DNA of 64,000 nucleotides from Calcarisporiella thermophila CBS 279.70 (GCF_041956535.1 NW_027192213.1:432900-496899); one strand, 5' to 3'; numbered from the stretch's first letter, positions 11,315-26,400 are shown. Notes: generated from the letters alone by a model not told the origin. Numbers and translations are program-made.

Positions 11315-11573
11315 TGCTTATATATCCGAAAATTTGGTTTGCCCAAATATGATCAAACTTTTTGTTGATGGTTTGAAGCAGTCACGATAGTGAAGATCAA
11401 AAAACGCGAAAAAACACGCTGCTCTGCTGCTCCTTTTGAAATAATCAAATCGCTTTATCTCTTTGATTTTCTTTCATCTCTCAAATAGAAAACTTCAAAA
11501 CACTCGTACAGCTCATTTAATCTTCGCTGCTGCATCGATTTGAATTTTAATAGATCATAGATAATTGGAAAAA

Positions 11574-12101
11574 ATGAATCGAGAGGATCTTGATACCTCC
11601 CAAGAGTACAGTGAACTTAATGATAGCACACTTTCTCACTCACTCTCGCAGGAAGAACAGCGACAGCGCGATATCGAAAAATATTCCGATCAGATTATTT
11701 ACTCAGAACGCTATTATGATGGTATATTTTTCTCTCATCTTGTTAGAAATTCGTACAATATAACAATGGACGTAATGGACGTTTCCACTATTTTAGATGA
11801 ATTCGAGTACCGGCACGTAACTCTACCAAAACAACTTGCTCGCTATATTCCACCCGGTCACTTGATGACCGAGAATGAGTGGCGAAGTTTGGGAGTAAAG
11901 CAATCGCGTGGATGGGAACACTACATGCTTCATGCGCCTGAACCACACATACTACTATTCAAGCGAGAGAAAGATTTCCAACTCAAGGTATTAACTGATA
12001 TTGAAAATTTGTAAACGGTTAGACTTGTCGAGAAAATATTCACTCTAAAATGTTTAATTACATAGTATCCAAATGGGAAACCGGCAATAAATGGACATTA
12101 A
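11574..12101 (+). CDS. CKS1: Cyclin-dependent kinase regulatory subunit Cks1/Suc1 (spliced)
   Basis: [56 protein letters not shown]. Confidence 0.95.
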
Positions 12102-12360
12102 TGCATCTCGCTTTTTATATATAATCTTGTGTACTTTTTTCGTGATTTTTATACTTTTATTACCATCTTTATTACTATTTTACTCTTTTTTTTGCTGTGA
12201 ATTCAATTTCTGTTTATCTAATCTATAAATATCGGTGATCTGATCATAAAGGATATGAGGGTAATTTGAGAGTCATAATAAAAACTATCAACTACTGAAT
12301 GCGAGAACTAAAAATACTAAGTGTATTTATAAATAGTTCATTAACAATTGATATTCAAAT

Positions 12361-14036
12361 TTACAAATCAGGCGAAAATTTATAAATAATTGCAGAGGTA
12401 TCTCTTCCAATGGCAATCAACCGCTCCTCGTCGGCAAGAATCATCAAATCTCGGGCTTCATCAAAATTGAGCGTTCTTACAGGTATATCCGACTGAATGG
12501 GTGCCTTAATCGAATATGTTCCGCCTATTGCACTCGTATTCTCTACATAGGTTGACACATCAATCTGCGCCTGACCTGGATATGAGTTAAAGTGAAGAGC
12601 GCTAATGATGCGGTCTCCGTCGGCGGAGACAGAGAGTGAACCAAGGGTGTATCGGAGAGAATCGTGCCAACTAGAAAATCCAGCAGTTGCTTCAATTTTG
12701 TGCCGGAGAAGGGGAGGAAGCATATGTGAGTGAGAAGGACGAGAATCGGTACGTCTAAACAGAACTTTATCCTGGTGTCTCCAAGCAATAAAGTATTCAG
12801 TGGCTTGAAGTATTGTAGACCGTGGGTCGTGTGCATATAAATATCGCTCGAATACAGTTTGGCCTGAGAAGATATCAACGCCAAAAATATTACCTTGGCT
12901 GTTGATCGAGTATAGTATATTGCCGCATAACTTAAGCGAGATGATCTATTTCATTAAAGGTACACCAGTTAAATAATTTCAGCTCACCATTGTGAATGAA
13001 TTGAAGCAGTGTATTCATCAAACTAGCATCACAACTACTTACAGCGGTTTGTTCCCGTGGTGGTAATCTTGCCACAATTTCACCAGTTTTCCATCTCCAA
13101 ACATAAGAGCTCAAAGATCTGCCCGCTCCTGCCAAATACTCCTCGTTCATAGTAAACGTCTCGTTGTGTATCACTTCCACAATCGTGAAATTCCTTCTTC
13201 GACTTGTTAAATAATCTATCACTTGAATTTCTCGCATATAAGTAGCCACGGCTACTATACGCTCGTCAGGATAAAACGCAAGAGCAGAGGGTTTATGCTC
13301 GATTTTCAGTTGCCATTTTTGTATGGCTCCCTCCAAATTTATAACATGAACCACTGCCCCACGAATACCTTCCACAATATAAGTGAGAAGGCTTTGACGC
13401 AATATTGGGAAACGTATCTGGCCTCCCTGACCTAGGTCAATTGAACAAGCTGAACTCGGCTGACCACCACGCCAGTTACGACGGGTTTCATAAAGGTGCC
13501 GACACATGATCTTCCAGGTATAATTGGGAAGTGGTGAGATCGATTTAAAATGACTGAGACGAAAATGTATGTTATTCCAAAGAAAATCATCGCCTGCCAG
13601 GCGATACCAAAGCTTACAAACCTATTTGATAATCAAATGTTAGAGTATGTTTGAATATTAGCAATTCGCATTTAATAAATTAAGAAGAAAAGAGAGCGAG
13701 AGTAATCAGTTAGTTACTTACTCTCTGGCAACAGAGAAGACTTGGCATATCCAAATAACTTAGAATACGCAGAGCTAGCTCTTCTGGGAGTGCTCCAACA
13801 ACATCAAAAAGCTGGTAATTGCTTGTGACGAGCACCTTTTGTAGAATATGAAGATCATACGCGTCGCAGTTCGAGATTAAAGATTTGAGCCTAAACAATT
13901 AAGATTTCAGAATTATAATTATAAAATCTTGAATTTCGCTAACGTTGAGAAGCATATACAAGAGCTTGGATTACATTTTTGCTCGCTTGACACGCGGTAC
14001 ATTGCGAAAACTTGATATCCAAGGCTCGATCTCCAT
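12361..14036 (-). CDS. F-box / WD40-like protein (spliced)
   Basis: F-box DVVGALPEELALRILSYLD..L..CQ-VC..WY.L.GDDFLW, followed by degenerate beta-propeller-like repeats; frames join through GT-AG introns. Confidence 0.78.
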
Positions 14037-15170
14037 TAAGAATTAGATGGGATTGAGTTTGCGGGGAAAGAGATTAAGCTAGAACCAACTAGGCAATACA
14101 GAAAAAACACCGATATCATAGCCGTTTGAAATTGAAATCAATAGTGTTCCAGCTTAAACCCATTGGACGATCCTGGAAAATATTTATTGGATTAATACTG
14201 CCACGGCTATACTGTATCTATCATACAATCTCATATGTATATTCTGAGGACAATGCCGAAAACTCTTTAAAAATACGGCTAATATTATAGACGCAGTTTT
14301 GAACTCTTATAAGCATTTTCTCTTTGATGCCGTATGTTAGCCAAGAGCCGATATAATTTGTTCCGAACAATTTATATCGGTAATTCTAAAAAATGTCTTA
14401 GGAACTATTTCTTTAACCTACTTGCGATTAAGTAAGAGAATTGTACCATAATGAAATATATGAAAAGTGAAATATTCAAGAATATACCTTCAAAATTATT
14501 TAGTGCACAGTTCAATGGATTAGGGTTTCTTTAGAATTTCGAATCAAACCGAAATGGGATACATTCACCGCTCTAAAGCAGAGGATGAAGTTGCAGTGAA
14601 AGGTCATGAAAGTGTTATTTAATTTTATAATTTCAGACGGGGGGCTATTTCAAGCAGAAACTTATTAAAATATATCCTATATCATAATGCAGTATCTTCG
14701 ATTCAACATTTTATATTGCTCAAATTGCTGAGAATTACTTGGAAATATTTTGCACCAAGGTTAGCTGGTATTTCGATTTTCAACATAAAGTGGTTTAAGT
14801 TTTAATCTGTGATATTCACCGATCACCAATCAGATATCTAAAATGATAACTATGGATAGTTGCGGTGGCGCTAAAACCTATTTCATTTTGACATGGGAGT
14901 TTGCCTTTGAGAGCTAATAGTGAGATCTCAATTGATAATTTTTTCCAATCTTGCCAATCTCTCACAATTATATGTTTATTCCTTGATCTCTTTCTTATTT
15001 GTTATTTTCTGATATTCTTATCGCCTCAATAATTTTTCTCTTACAATGAAATATTTTAATTGCAATTAGCTAGAACACTCAATTCATTTGTTTTTACTAA
15101 AAATTTTATCTTTCAATTTTGTGTCCTCCTATCATCTGTAAAATTCCGATAGAGTTGATCAATATCAGTC

Positions 15171-18100
15171 ATGCTGGTTGAACGTGGGGTACGCCGAATT
15201 CTCCGTTCAACAGCCCACCAGTCCGCCAAAAATCCGATGGAGATGATTGTAATATGTATATTCATTGCGGCAATAATTTATTTCAATCTTTTACGATCCG
15301 CCCAAGATTCGGCTGTATTTACTGATCCGTCAATAACCCCTTCGCTTGAAAGCGTGAGAGTTGTCGCTAAACCCACGGATGAGCATTTTTCTCACCTAAA
15401 GCAGGATGAAATCATACCCTCCGATACTGTTCGTGTACTTTTGCATCAATTGAAATTAAATGCAGGAGGAAGCTTGCTGGGGAAATCACTTCTTACAACT
15501 CTTTTTCGAGTGCAAGATGCGATTAACGAATTATCGGTTGCTGATGGATACCAGCGCTTAACCTTCAGTCAGGACTTATGCTATCGTCTTGAAGATGGGA
15601 GCTGTTTTACAACATCGCCCCTGAGTTTATGGGAGGACAATTTTGAGGATGTGCTGGAAGGCGAAGAATTATATACTAAAATTTCAAAGCACCCGAAAAC
15701 GCAATTCCTTTTTGATGGACTGAATCGCGAAGGAGACGGTAAAGTTAAAGGAGCATCCGCTTTAGTTCTATCATACGCAAACAATGTCACAGATCCTCGC
15801 CGATATGAATTAGCATGGCAATGGGCTGATCGGATTGCTAGGACGAACCTAGGACTATTAGGTCCGCGTCCTTTTATTAGACCTCAGGAGAAAGGCACCA
15901 TAGGGTGGATTGTTATAGTGGCCAGAAATATTATACTCAAAATATATGAGCTAATTCAGGTAAGTTTACTTTCCGAGATCAGAATCTTTAACTTGAAATC
16001 AGGAAACTTACCCTCAGTACCCCTTTTTTAGAATGCGGATCCTACTGACGTTGTTATTTTTGCAATTGGTTACGTTATGACATTGGCAACTTTTGTAACC
16101 CTCTTTGTTAACATGCGTGCTCTGGGCTCCCGATGGTCACTTGCTATTGCCGTCGTGTCATCAGGATTTTGTGCCTTTCTAATGGCTCTCTTCACTGTAC
16201 AAAGTTTAGGTGGCACAATTAATCCTCTATTGCTTTGGTTAGTTGGCTTCGAATCCTATTTAAGTTAATACTACATACTTAATAGCTATCATTTTTTAGC
16301 GAGGCAATTCCCTTTCTTATCATTGCCATTGGTTTCGAGCGCCCATTCACTCTTACGCGAGCTGTACTTACATCCCCTAATTCACAGTCTTCTGCTCTGA
16401 AACAAGACGTTCGCAGAATTGTGGTAGATGCCGTAGAAGCAGTTGGCCTGTCGATTGTACGAGATTACGGAATTGAAATTGCCGTACTTATGTTTGGTGC
16501 CTATTCTGGTAATTCTGCCTATCATGCCTCTGGAAAGAATTATTTCTTTGATCGTGTATTCTCGTAGGGGTCCCTGGCTTGGAAGAATTTTGCTTCATTG
16601 CCTCCTTTATGCTTCTTTATGACTGTATATTCATGTTCACATTGTACATAGCTGTTCTCACCCTTAAATTAGAGGTTTGTAACGTGAAATTTTCTTATTT
16701 TGCGCTTTCAACTCACATTTGTACAATTATAGCTAAAGCGCATTCGGGAGTTAAACGGCTCGAAGCCGTCGGCAGCCCCCACGAGTGGTGCGGCATATAT
16801 CCGCCAGATCACAATGAAGGCCTTCAGTGATCCTAGCAGTGAGACGTCAATGGGTAGCCAAAAAGCAGATAGCAGAATGATGGCAAGAGTAAAGCTACTA
16901 ATGGTAACCATATCCTATGATATATCAATGTTAGCATTTGAATTAAAGTGATTCATTAATTTCATATAATAGATCGTTGGCTTTGTTGTGATGCACGTAC
17001 TAAACATGTGCACTACTCTCCAAGTCAGGGAACATCTTGAACCCGAGCCGAACGCAAAGACGCAGTCTAAAATTGACGTTAATAGTGATACCATAGCGCC
17101 GGTTCTGCAGCTGCTTTTACAAAAGCATCGCCAGTCTCCGCAGTCTTACCAGCCACTTCTTGTTGAGATTGCACCCCCTCTATCTTTCCAGGGTGTCAAG
17201 TAAGTTATTCATCAATTTTTTTGCTGACCAGCCTGATTCTATTTTTTTTCCGGCACTGTAGCTCCACCTTTGTGAGATTCACTAGTTACATTCCCTTTTC
17301 AATTGGATCTTTTGGCGACCTCATATCCTTTTACCTTCAAGACCCTCTCATCAGCAAATGGATCAGCATCGCGCTTTTTACCTCACTTTTTCTTAACTTT
17401 TACCTGTTTCATCTGGCAAAGCAACCCAAATCTTGCAATGAACCATTCCAGAAATCCTATACACAGCTCGAGGTGTGTGCATCAAAGTCCTCTGTGTCTT
17501 CGACTATCGATAAGAATTCGGGTGTCACTGAGTCTCAATTTTCAACGAAGAAACTCAGATGCCCGGCAACATCCTCTACTACTGTTAACGGCAAAGTGAA
17601 GATTAGTTCGCGATCAGTGGAGGAGTGTTACAAGATCCTGAAGAACGTAACCAAGGGACCACAAACATTAGACGATGCAGAAGTCCTACTGCTACTGCAA
17701 AAGGAGAAGATCCCCCTCTATGCTCTCGAAAAAGTTCTAGGTGATTTAACAAGGGCTGTTAAATTGCGTAGAGCTTTCTTGTCTCTTCAGTTGACTACCG
17801 GAGCACTGGAATCAAATGCCCTTCCAATGGAGAATTTTGATTATTCAAAAGTTTTGGGCGCTTGTTGCGAAAACGTTATAGGCTATGTGCCTGTTCCTGT
17901 AGGAGTGGCAGGACCTCTGTTAATTGACGGAGAGATGCTGCATATCCCGATGGCCACCACAGAAGGGTGTTTGGTTGCGTCGACAACACGAGGATGCAAG
18001 GCTATTAATTTAGGCGGAGGGGCGATCACAGTTTTAACTCACGACGGGATGACGCGCGGCCCTGTTGTAGAGTTTCCAAGCATTCTGCAGGCTATCAAGG

Positions 18101-19063
18101 CGAAGCAGTGGCTTGAAAATGACGGGATAGAGTTGGTGACAGATGCGTTCAATTCAACTAGCAGATTTGCCAGACTAAAGAAAGTTCGGGCCACGTTGGC
18201 GGGCTGTCTCGTATTCATCCGCTTCGTTACTGTAACAGGTGACGCCATGGGAATGAACATGGTTTCGAAGGGATGCGAAAATGTCCTTCTAATCATGCAA
18301 GAGTACTTCCCGGAAATGAGAGTGATCGCCCTTTCAGGGAACTATTGCACGGATAAAAAGCCAGCGGCGATTAATTGGATCGACGGGCGCGGAAAGTCTG
18401 TCGTGGCGGAAGCCGTGGTTCCCGGAGAAGTCGTGCGAAGCGTGCTCAAAACCAGCGTGGAGTCTCTCGTTGAGCTCAACATTAGCAAGAATTTAGTTGG
18501 ATCTGCAATGGCCGGATCTGTCGGTGGTTTCAATGCACATGCTGCAAATATACTGACCGCGATGTTCATTGCTACTGGGCAAGACCCAGCACAAAATGTG
18601 GAGAGCTCCAACTGCATTACTTTGATGAAGGCGTAAGTATTTGTGATCTTTCCATATCCAAGTAAACTACTCCAGTGTACTAATGCAATCTTTTAGGGTG
18701 AACAACCATCGTGACTTGTATATCTCCTGCACGATGCCATCCATTGAGGTTGGAACTATTGGGGGCGGCACAGTTCTTCCCGCCCAATCTGCAATGCTTG
18801 ATATGCTTCGGGTTCGTGGTCCTCATCCTACGCAACCTGGCGCTAATGCCCAGCGACTTGCCCGAATAATTTGCGCTGCATGCCTGGCAGGAGAATTGAG
18901 TCTCTGTGCGGCATTGGCGGCAGGCCAATTGGTCAAAAGTCACATGCAGCATAATCGGTCTAATCTTGCGCTGTCCTCTCTTCCCTCTTTATTCCTAACG
19001 GGAGCGAACGGCAACGGGTTGAAGGAAAATGGAGCTATAGAAAATTGTATAGATTCGCGATAG
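15171..19063 (+). CDS. HMG1: 3-hydroxy-3-methylglutaryl-CoA reductase, class I, with sterol-sensing domain (spliced)
   Basis: [54 protein letters not shown]; N-terminal membrane/SSD region ([15 protein letters not shown]). Confidence 0.97.
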
Positions 19064-19572
19064 TGGTTCACTAGCTACCGGTTCTCTTGTTAATATACTT
19101 ATGTCTTTCTTGTTTCATTACGCCCTTGTTTTTATAAAGTTTTTTTTACGTAGATAGAATAAGAAATATCATATCCAATTTCGAAGTAATTTTGGTGCCT
19201 TGGGAAAGCCCTCGAAATTCAATTTCGAGAGATCCTGTTTTCTCTCTGAGTCGACGTCACCATCCAAAAATTTTTCGTTGTTTATTTTTCTTATTGTGCT
19301 TCGGGCCGTGTTTTCAGTTTCTTCCTCTTTCTCTTCCTCTTTCGCCTTTACGGTTGCGAATATCAAAGAGACACAACTCAGAAAGTGAGTAATCTGCGCA
19401 CTCCTGGTGATTGTAAAGGGAAATGTGTGCTGGTATATGTGGTGGAAAACATGAGGGATTTCAAAATGCTGGCTGTGAGCCGATGCTTTGGAGCACGAGA
19501 TCTACAAAATACATCGAGCATTTGACGCTGTTGTTCAATTTTGACTGAGCGGCTGTTTTGTTTTTTTCGTAG

Positions 19573-20170
19573 ATGGCTGGTGGAGTTACCGTCAAGGACG
19601 TTAATGCTCACGATTTCGTGAAAGCGTATGCCGCGCACTTGAAGCGTGCTGGCAAACTCGAGATCCCCAAGTGGGTCGATATGGTAAAGACCGGCGCCTA
19701 CAAGGAGCTTGCCCCCTATGACCCAGACTGGTTCTACGTTCGTGCCGGTTAGTGTTCTTTTCCCAACTTACGTTCTAATACCATTGGATATTTTACTTGG
19801 ATTGCTTGATTTACCCGGATCGCTGTCATTTTCATCACAGCTGCTGTCGCCCGCCACATCTACCTCCGCAATGGAGTTGGTGTTGGTGCCCTCAAGCGTC
19901 TTCATGGTGGTCGTAAGCGCCGCGGAACACGTCCCTCGCACCACGCCGAGTCATCTGGTTCGGTTGCTCGTAAAGTGCTTCAATCTTTGGAGAAGATTGG
20001 TGTGTTGGAGCAGGATGCCAACGGGTATGTCCTTTTTCTTTTCTTTCTTTTTAGCTTCAGCGTTTCTCACCAGTGTTTTTTATAACCTCAGTGGACGTAA
20101 AATCACCCAGGACGGTCAACGCGACTTGGATCGTATCGCATCCTCCCTCATCAAGTCTGAACAGGCTTAA
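19573..20170 (+). CDS. RPS19: 40S ribosomal protein eS19 (spliced; extra intron in 5' UTR 19385-19572)
   Basis: [82 protein letters not shown]; absent from the ORF track because of splicing. Confidence 0.97.
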
Positions 20171-20449
20171 ATTCGGTTGTTCCTCTTGGTTAATAATAAA
20201 ATCTTATATCAAATAACAATGCTCTCGCACAAAAGAGAACTGGGAAGTTCATAGTAAAAAGGATTTTATTAAGCAGTGGGAGTGAAAAATAATCCGGAAC
20301 GACAAATAACAACCCAAGTGTTAAATATACAGTAATCATAATAACAGGTGAATATCTAAAGGACAAACGAGAAAAAAAAAAATCTACTTAGATCATTCAT
20401 GCAATGTATCAACCAATTGAAAAAGAGAAAAAGAAATAGAAAACCGACT

Positions 20450-23400
20450 TCATAAGTGAAAGCTCCCTTCTTCAAAGAGTTCGCCCTCTTCTACCCCGCC
20501 GTCCTCATGGTCTTTCCGCTTGACTCCATTCCCACTAGATGACGAAAGCGATGCATTGGCTCCTCTGTCCTCTTTTGCATCCACTCCTCCATCGCTCCCA
20601 CCTCCGGCCGCATTGCCGTTACTTGTCCCATAGAGCAAATTATCATCCATCACAAAAGATGCCATGTCGCCTTTGTCTGCCTGCTGGGGTATACACGCAG
20701 CCGAGCCCTCGCGACTCGCGGCCTTACCCTCCGATCCAAGCGCCAACTTATCTAGCCATTGTCCCTCAGCTTCTTGCTCGCTAAACAATACCACTTCATC
20801 GCCGGTGTGCCACGCCTCTGCATATCCAAGTCGGAATTGCCGTTGGTACACACCGTCATTTCTCTTGACTCGTTTAGCTCCAAATATTGTTAATGAAATA
20901 GGCGTGTCGTTCACTCGTGCGTCGCCTCCGCTGAGGCTCATGTCTACGGGGGAGTCTTCGATCCACTCCCATGGCTGTAGCTCCCCAGTACTGCCGTTTT
21001 GCAGCTGTAACTGGCTCAAATAGATGTTGTGGTCTCTAAACGGCAGAACTCTCCGTACTCTTTTGGCAAAATCTGCAGGCAGCGAGAGCTCTCCATGTCC
21101 GGTTGTGCGCAACTCCTTGATAAAGGTGGAGCGCACCTCACGCGGCATCTCGTCCATGAGTATCGACACAAGATCAATCACAAAGTCGAACACACGTTCT
21201 TGAGTCCCATTACCATGAACGACCGCACTCGACATCAAATTGACAAGGGTTGCTATCCACTGGGTCATCTCGCAACGTACGGGCTGCTGCCACATGAGAG
21301 GCAATACAAGCGTAAGCAGACGGAGTCGCACTAGAAGGCTGCAGCGAATGTCATCAAGCGTAATATTTTGCGCCGAAGACTAAAAGGAAATTGGTTTAGA
21401 AGATTTATAAACGGAAAAAGAGACAATGGGATTATAATTCTCTATAGCCAGTACCTGCAAGTCTTGGTCAACCCGCTCAGTTAGAACGCTAACAATAGCG
21501 GCATCCTGTGGAAGAGAGATCGGAGCCATCAATACATGTCCACGACATTTCATAGCATGCGAGTGAGTTTAAAGTAAGCAGATAGAGAAACTTACTGGGC
21601 TACCGTTCGCCGCTTGGAGCGCATTTTGGGCTGTGTCATAGTTGATATTGCAAGCTTGCATGACCTCGTACACCTTAATGTGGGTTATAACTTAGTTTAA
21701 CTAAGTGTCTTGAATTAATCCTTTCATTACCTTGATATTATCCTCGAATCTCTTCACCTGTGTCAATAGGTTCCTTATGAACTCAATCTTGCGATCCTCG
21801 GACCAAGCACCCGATTTGGTGATCAGCGCGGCCATGACGTGGTGAAATCGCATTATCACCGAGTGGTACGTATCGGTGTAGGCCTTGTCGCTATGCCTGG
21901 CCTTGTCGATAATGAGCACAGACTCGGGGAACGTGGCACCCATCTGCCCCAACAGGACATTTTCGCCTTCGCGTATAAACTATAATATAGCATTACCATG
22001 AGCACCTTCTTTATGGTATAAATGAATAGGCTCTGGGATATTACAGTGTCCACTAGCTCATCGCGAAAACCTGCCACCAGTTGAGCCAGCAATGGCCCAG
22101 TCAAGTGGCCTTGGGGTATCAAGTCGTTGAAAACGAACTGCGCGAAACCACGGATGCATTCATCCCTAAGGCTTAGATGTCCGTCTTCTGTTCGTTGCTC
22201 CGGCGAGGCATCCTGCATTGTCACATCATCCTCTGCATTGCTCGCCGCCCCCGGTGTATCCAGCATCAGCACGCGATCTATAAGTAGCCACAGCCGCACC
22301 CGACAACTTCCAAACAGCCACTTGTTGATTCTCGTAAAGATAGATTGGAACTGGGGCATATAGTCAGAGACTGAATCCGTGTTGATCGAGGGAGTGTCGA
22401 TGCTTGTAGTGTCTTCCCCAACCACTTTCCAAAAGAATCCCAATAATATGTTATTAGCCATGCGATTCCACCCCTCTTTTACATTGTTGGATATATCGCG
22501 TAGAAGACTTGCGTATATCCTTTCTATGTGAATGAAGCAAGCATGCTTGAACCATTCGGTATGGAGGAGCTCCTTAGTGAAGTGCTGAATGGCTGCATAC
22601 ACAGGAGCATTGAAGGGGAGATCCGCCTCCAACTCCGTCAACCTACGGAGCATGCGAAGTACAACCTCAAGGGACTCGAATTTCAAAAAACGGCGACGAT
22701 GTGTTTCTAGGGCATGTACCTCCTAATGAGGCAGTGAGGATGAATGAGCATAAATAGGGCATGCAAAAAAAAAAATCACGGGCTCACTTCAATATTTAAT
22801 CGCATATCCTCCGGGATATTCTCACCGCCATCATTAACCAAGAGAAAATCGAGCAAAGTGGTGATATTCTTGCATAAATTCATCACAGGACCAATCGCAT
22901 CCTCTTTCTTCTCATCAGGCTATATGGCCAAATATATATGAATAGATAAGAGAGGAGCTTCTAGACCGATGCACAACATTAAGAATTTACTTTAGAGGTT
23001 AGGCTTACGACGGGCCCTAGCATTTCATCGCAAATCCAAGCTAGCAGTGTGTCGAACTGACAAACGTCGTGTGCTACAAGCAGAACCAAGAAAAGGACAA
23101 GCCAGGACTTTTCTGTCACATCATAGAGCTCCTTGCAAGCAACACCCTCCTTTGCTTCGCTGCCTTCAGAACTGTTCTCGAGTAGATTTCCGTACTCAGC
23201 CCTCAGCCAACCAAGGAGCTCTGCATCCAATAAAGTGTTAGAACGCTCACGCAGCACTCGCAAGAAAACTACGTAATTGCACAGTGTCCGGCGTTTTTCC
23301 AGGTGGGTAGCGCCGGGATTTCCAGATCGCAATATGTTCATCACACTGTTGAACACCACAGATAAGGCATTAGGAACAGCTTGAAATCGCAAATGGCAAT

Positions 23401-26400
23401 TAGATGCAAGGGCTTCGGCGACGTCGGTGCTGCGCTCCGAAGCAAGACTTTCGAGATCCTCCATGCTGGGGAACCCGTCCTGGGCGATGCGATGGGAGAT
23501 AACAGGGGTTTGGGGACAGGACGCGCTTCGTAGGTCCGAAGAAAGCTGTTTTTGTGGATTCACATCAATATTTATCTACATGGTCTAATCTACCCAGCAT
23601 TCGCATCTATCCTTTAGCTTACCTCAGCTTTGAGTGTTTCCGTGTTTGGATAATAATCAACTAGGTGCAGCAAATATTTAACAATACAACTCTCAGGAGC
23701 GCCTTTTGCCTTCAACTTTGCATGCTATACCAGTCATAAGTTAATAAATAAACAAAAAAGCCGTATTTCCCAATGCAAGAGAACTTACATGCGCAACCAA
23801 TGTGTCGAATACAACCTGTTTGTAGGGGGTAGTTGATCTCCAAACCAACTCGTGTCTTTGTAGCGCACGAATGATAGCTGGATACAAGGCTTTAGTAGTG
23901 TGTTCGAGTGTCCAAAGAGATAGCTAATAAAAAAGCGTTAGCTTCAAGAAGAGCTCTAATTTCAAAAAAGTCAAAGGCCACCCACTTCAAATAACGAGCA
24001 ATAATCCTTCGCAACCTCCATGATATGTATCAAGGTCGAAAATTGTTGCGAGTTCAACAGTGAAGATCCCGGAGTCGTCATTACTCGCCAATTGTCTTCT
24101 CCAATTCTTACATCGTCATGGTGTTAGCAACGGTGAATTGCTGTGGGGAAAACATTCGGTTTTACCTTATCTGCTTTACTACAAATTGGTTCGCCGCCTC
24201 TAGCAGCCATTCTCGTGTGATTCGTAGCTGGCAGTAACGGTTTGCTGACTTGAGGAGTTCTGCTGCATGACTCTCAAGGTGTAAAGTAGATTGAAAATCT
24301 TCCAGGGGATCATTTTTTGCCGGTTGTGTCATTTCAGATGCTGTTCATGATAGAGGTGTGATCAAAAATTCTCAATAAATACATGGAAAAGTTTAAACCC
24401 AATTACCTGATTCTCCGAACATATGAGGTAGTTTTTCGCTGATAATTTTCTTCAGCATTTCAAAATTACCCTCTTGTTGGCCATCCTTTAACAAGCATAG
24501 TGTGTTATAAAAAATTCCAGAGTGGCTCTAGAGCCAGGATAATTGTACATACTTCGCCTTCAATCCCATAAAGCATAATTCTCCGCTGATTAATATGATA
24601 TAGTTTAGCATGGTAGAGAGGGAAAGACTGTAGGTATCTCATATGTCGCAAGGTTTTCTTTCCGGAAATTTGAGGGTTAGAAACTTTATAGCCAATGCTA
24701 TGCATAAGCAGTAAGATTACCATCTCGCCTCGTTTACTTGAGTCCAAGTCTCCGCGCGCAATCAGGCGTTGCATATACTTCTGAAATGAAAAAAGTCCCA
24801 GACGAATGAATTCGCCATATAATCTTGAAACAAGCTCGTATTCTGGCGACAATAGAAAAAAAAATCGATTAAGATTGGAATAGCACAAAGAAAAAGGCGA
24901 ATCCTTTGGTATATCACCTTCATCGCTTTGGCTTGTTCTAACGTCTAAGAATCTCAGTAGCGCATCCTGCAGTAGCATTTGTCGATCTCTTGCCAATTTT
25001 CCGCGACTTACATCCTGCCTCCACAGTTCGAGCACCGTAGCCACAGCGTAGCAGCGGTGATCCCCATGACGGAGCGGAGTGGTTGCCCATTCACACAACA
25101 AATGCACTCGGGATTCAAAGGAACTTGAGGCTGCACTCGGGGTGTGAATTCCGAAAAACTGACGACAAGTGGTCAGAAGGTCTTGAGTTTTTTCAATCTC
25201 ATCGAGCAGCTAGAGAAAGCGATACAACAATTAGATACGCATACATCTATATATCAGAGACACTTACAGAAATCAAGCTCTCTTCTTCATCTGCAGGCAT
25301 TCCCGATGCTTCTACGTAGGAGCTCCTATCGTCCATGCCGTTAACCCCCCACCCTTGGCTGATTATCCGATTTCGCTCATGAATCATGTCAAAATAAGAG
25401 GCCATAAGCTCGGAAATCTCGGAATAATCTGGGTCCTCTTTCCCAATATCATTGTGAAGAAGTACTTCTTGAAAAAGCGCGAAATTATCTGCCCAAAGCT
25501 TTGGGAACACGAACATGTCTGGAGCCTTGATGAAAGCCGCCTTTAATATTAAAAAGAGGTTAATGCAAAATCCAGTGGAAGCAGGTAACTGTTTCAACTT
25601 GCCTGTAGCATCCGCCTTAAATCATGATCCAGGTGACTATAATGCCAGTTTTCTGTGGAGTATTCCGGGTGTTGGAGGAGCTAAGAAAGAATACCAGGAA
25701 ATACGGTAAGCCACAACGCTACACTTCAAATTAGAGCATGTTCATCATCCTCACAGCATTAAGCTTGTCTATCAAATTCTCGATAAGGTGTCGCATCAGT
25801 GCTCGCGAGCGGTCATATTCACCCATGAATTGACGAATAAGCATAAGTAGCATGGCAGTCTGGCTGAAGTTGCAGAGAACCAACTGCTGAAGGTTGAACT
25901 TTAAAAAGTGACGCTGCTCCAATAAGCCTTCGTTATATTGCCATTTGGCCAGCCGAATGCTAGTGGTATTCCAAATGAGAACTGCTATTACTTTACCCCA
26001 CAAGCGTACACAAGATTTACCTATAGAGCCAACGCGATAGCCATCGCTCTTTTTTCTCATCACTCGTGAAATTATTCAGTATGGCACCGGCATTCTTCAT
26101 TCCAGGGCGCGCGCTAGCCGATGGATTCGAATTTGACAGGGGATCGAGCTCCGTAAGCTGCTTCCATAAAAAGGATTCAAATACACTTGTCCAGTCCAAA
26201 GTGTAAGGTTGGTGTGATCCGCCAGCCTTATTCCGTTGCATTTGCTGTCATCACAAAATGTGAAAACAATGAATAAACGAGAAAATGAAGAAACTTTGTC
26301 ATTGATTTCCTACTAGTTCGTTCATGCCGACCACCTTGATATACCAAGTGGCCCTTAGTAGAGGCACCTGCCGTTGCGCGAGCGCCTCTAGCAATCGCTC

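Noticed and set aside
12361-13507. Apparent frameshifts in the F-box/WD40 gene
   Set aside because: Frames join through a normal GT-AG intron (about 12947-13041); not a pseudogene.
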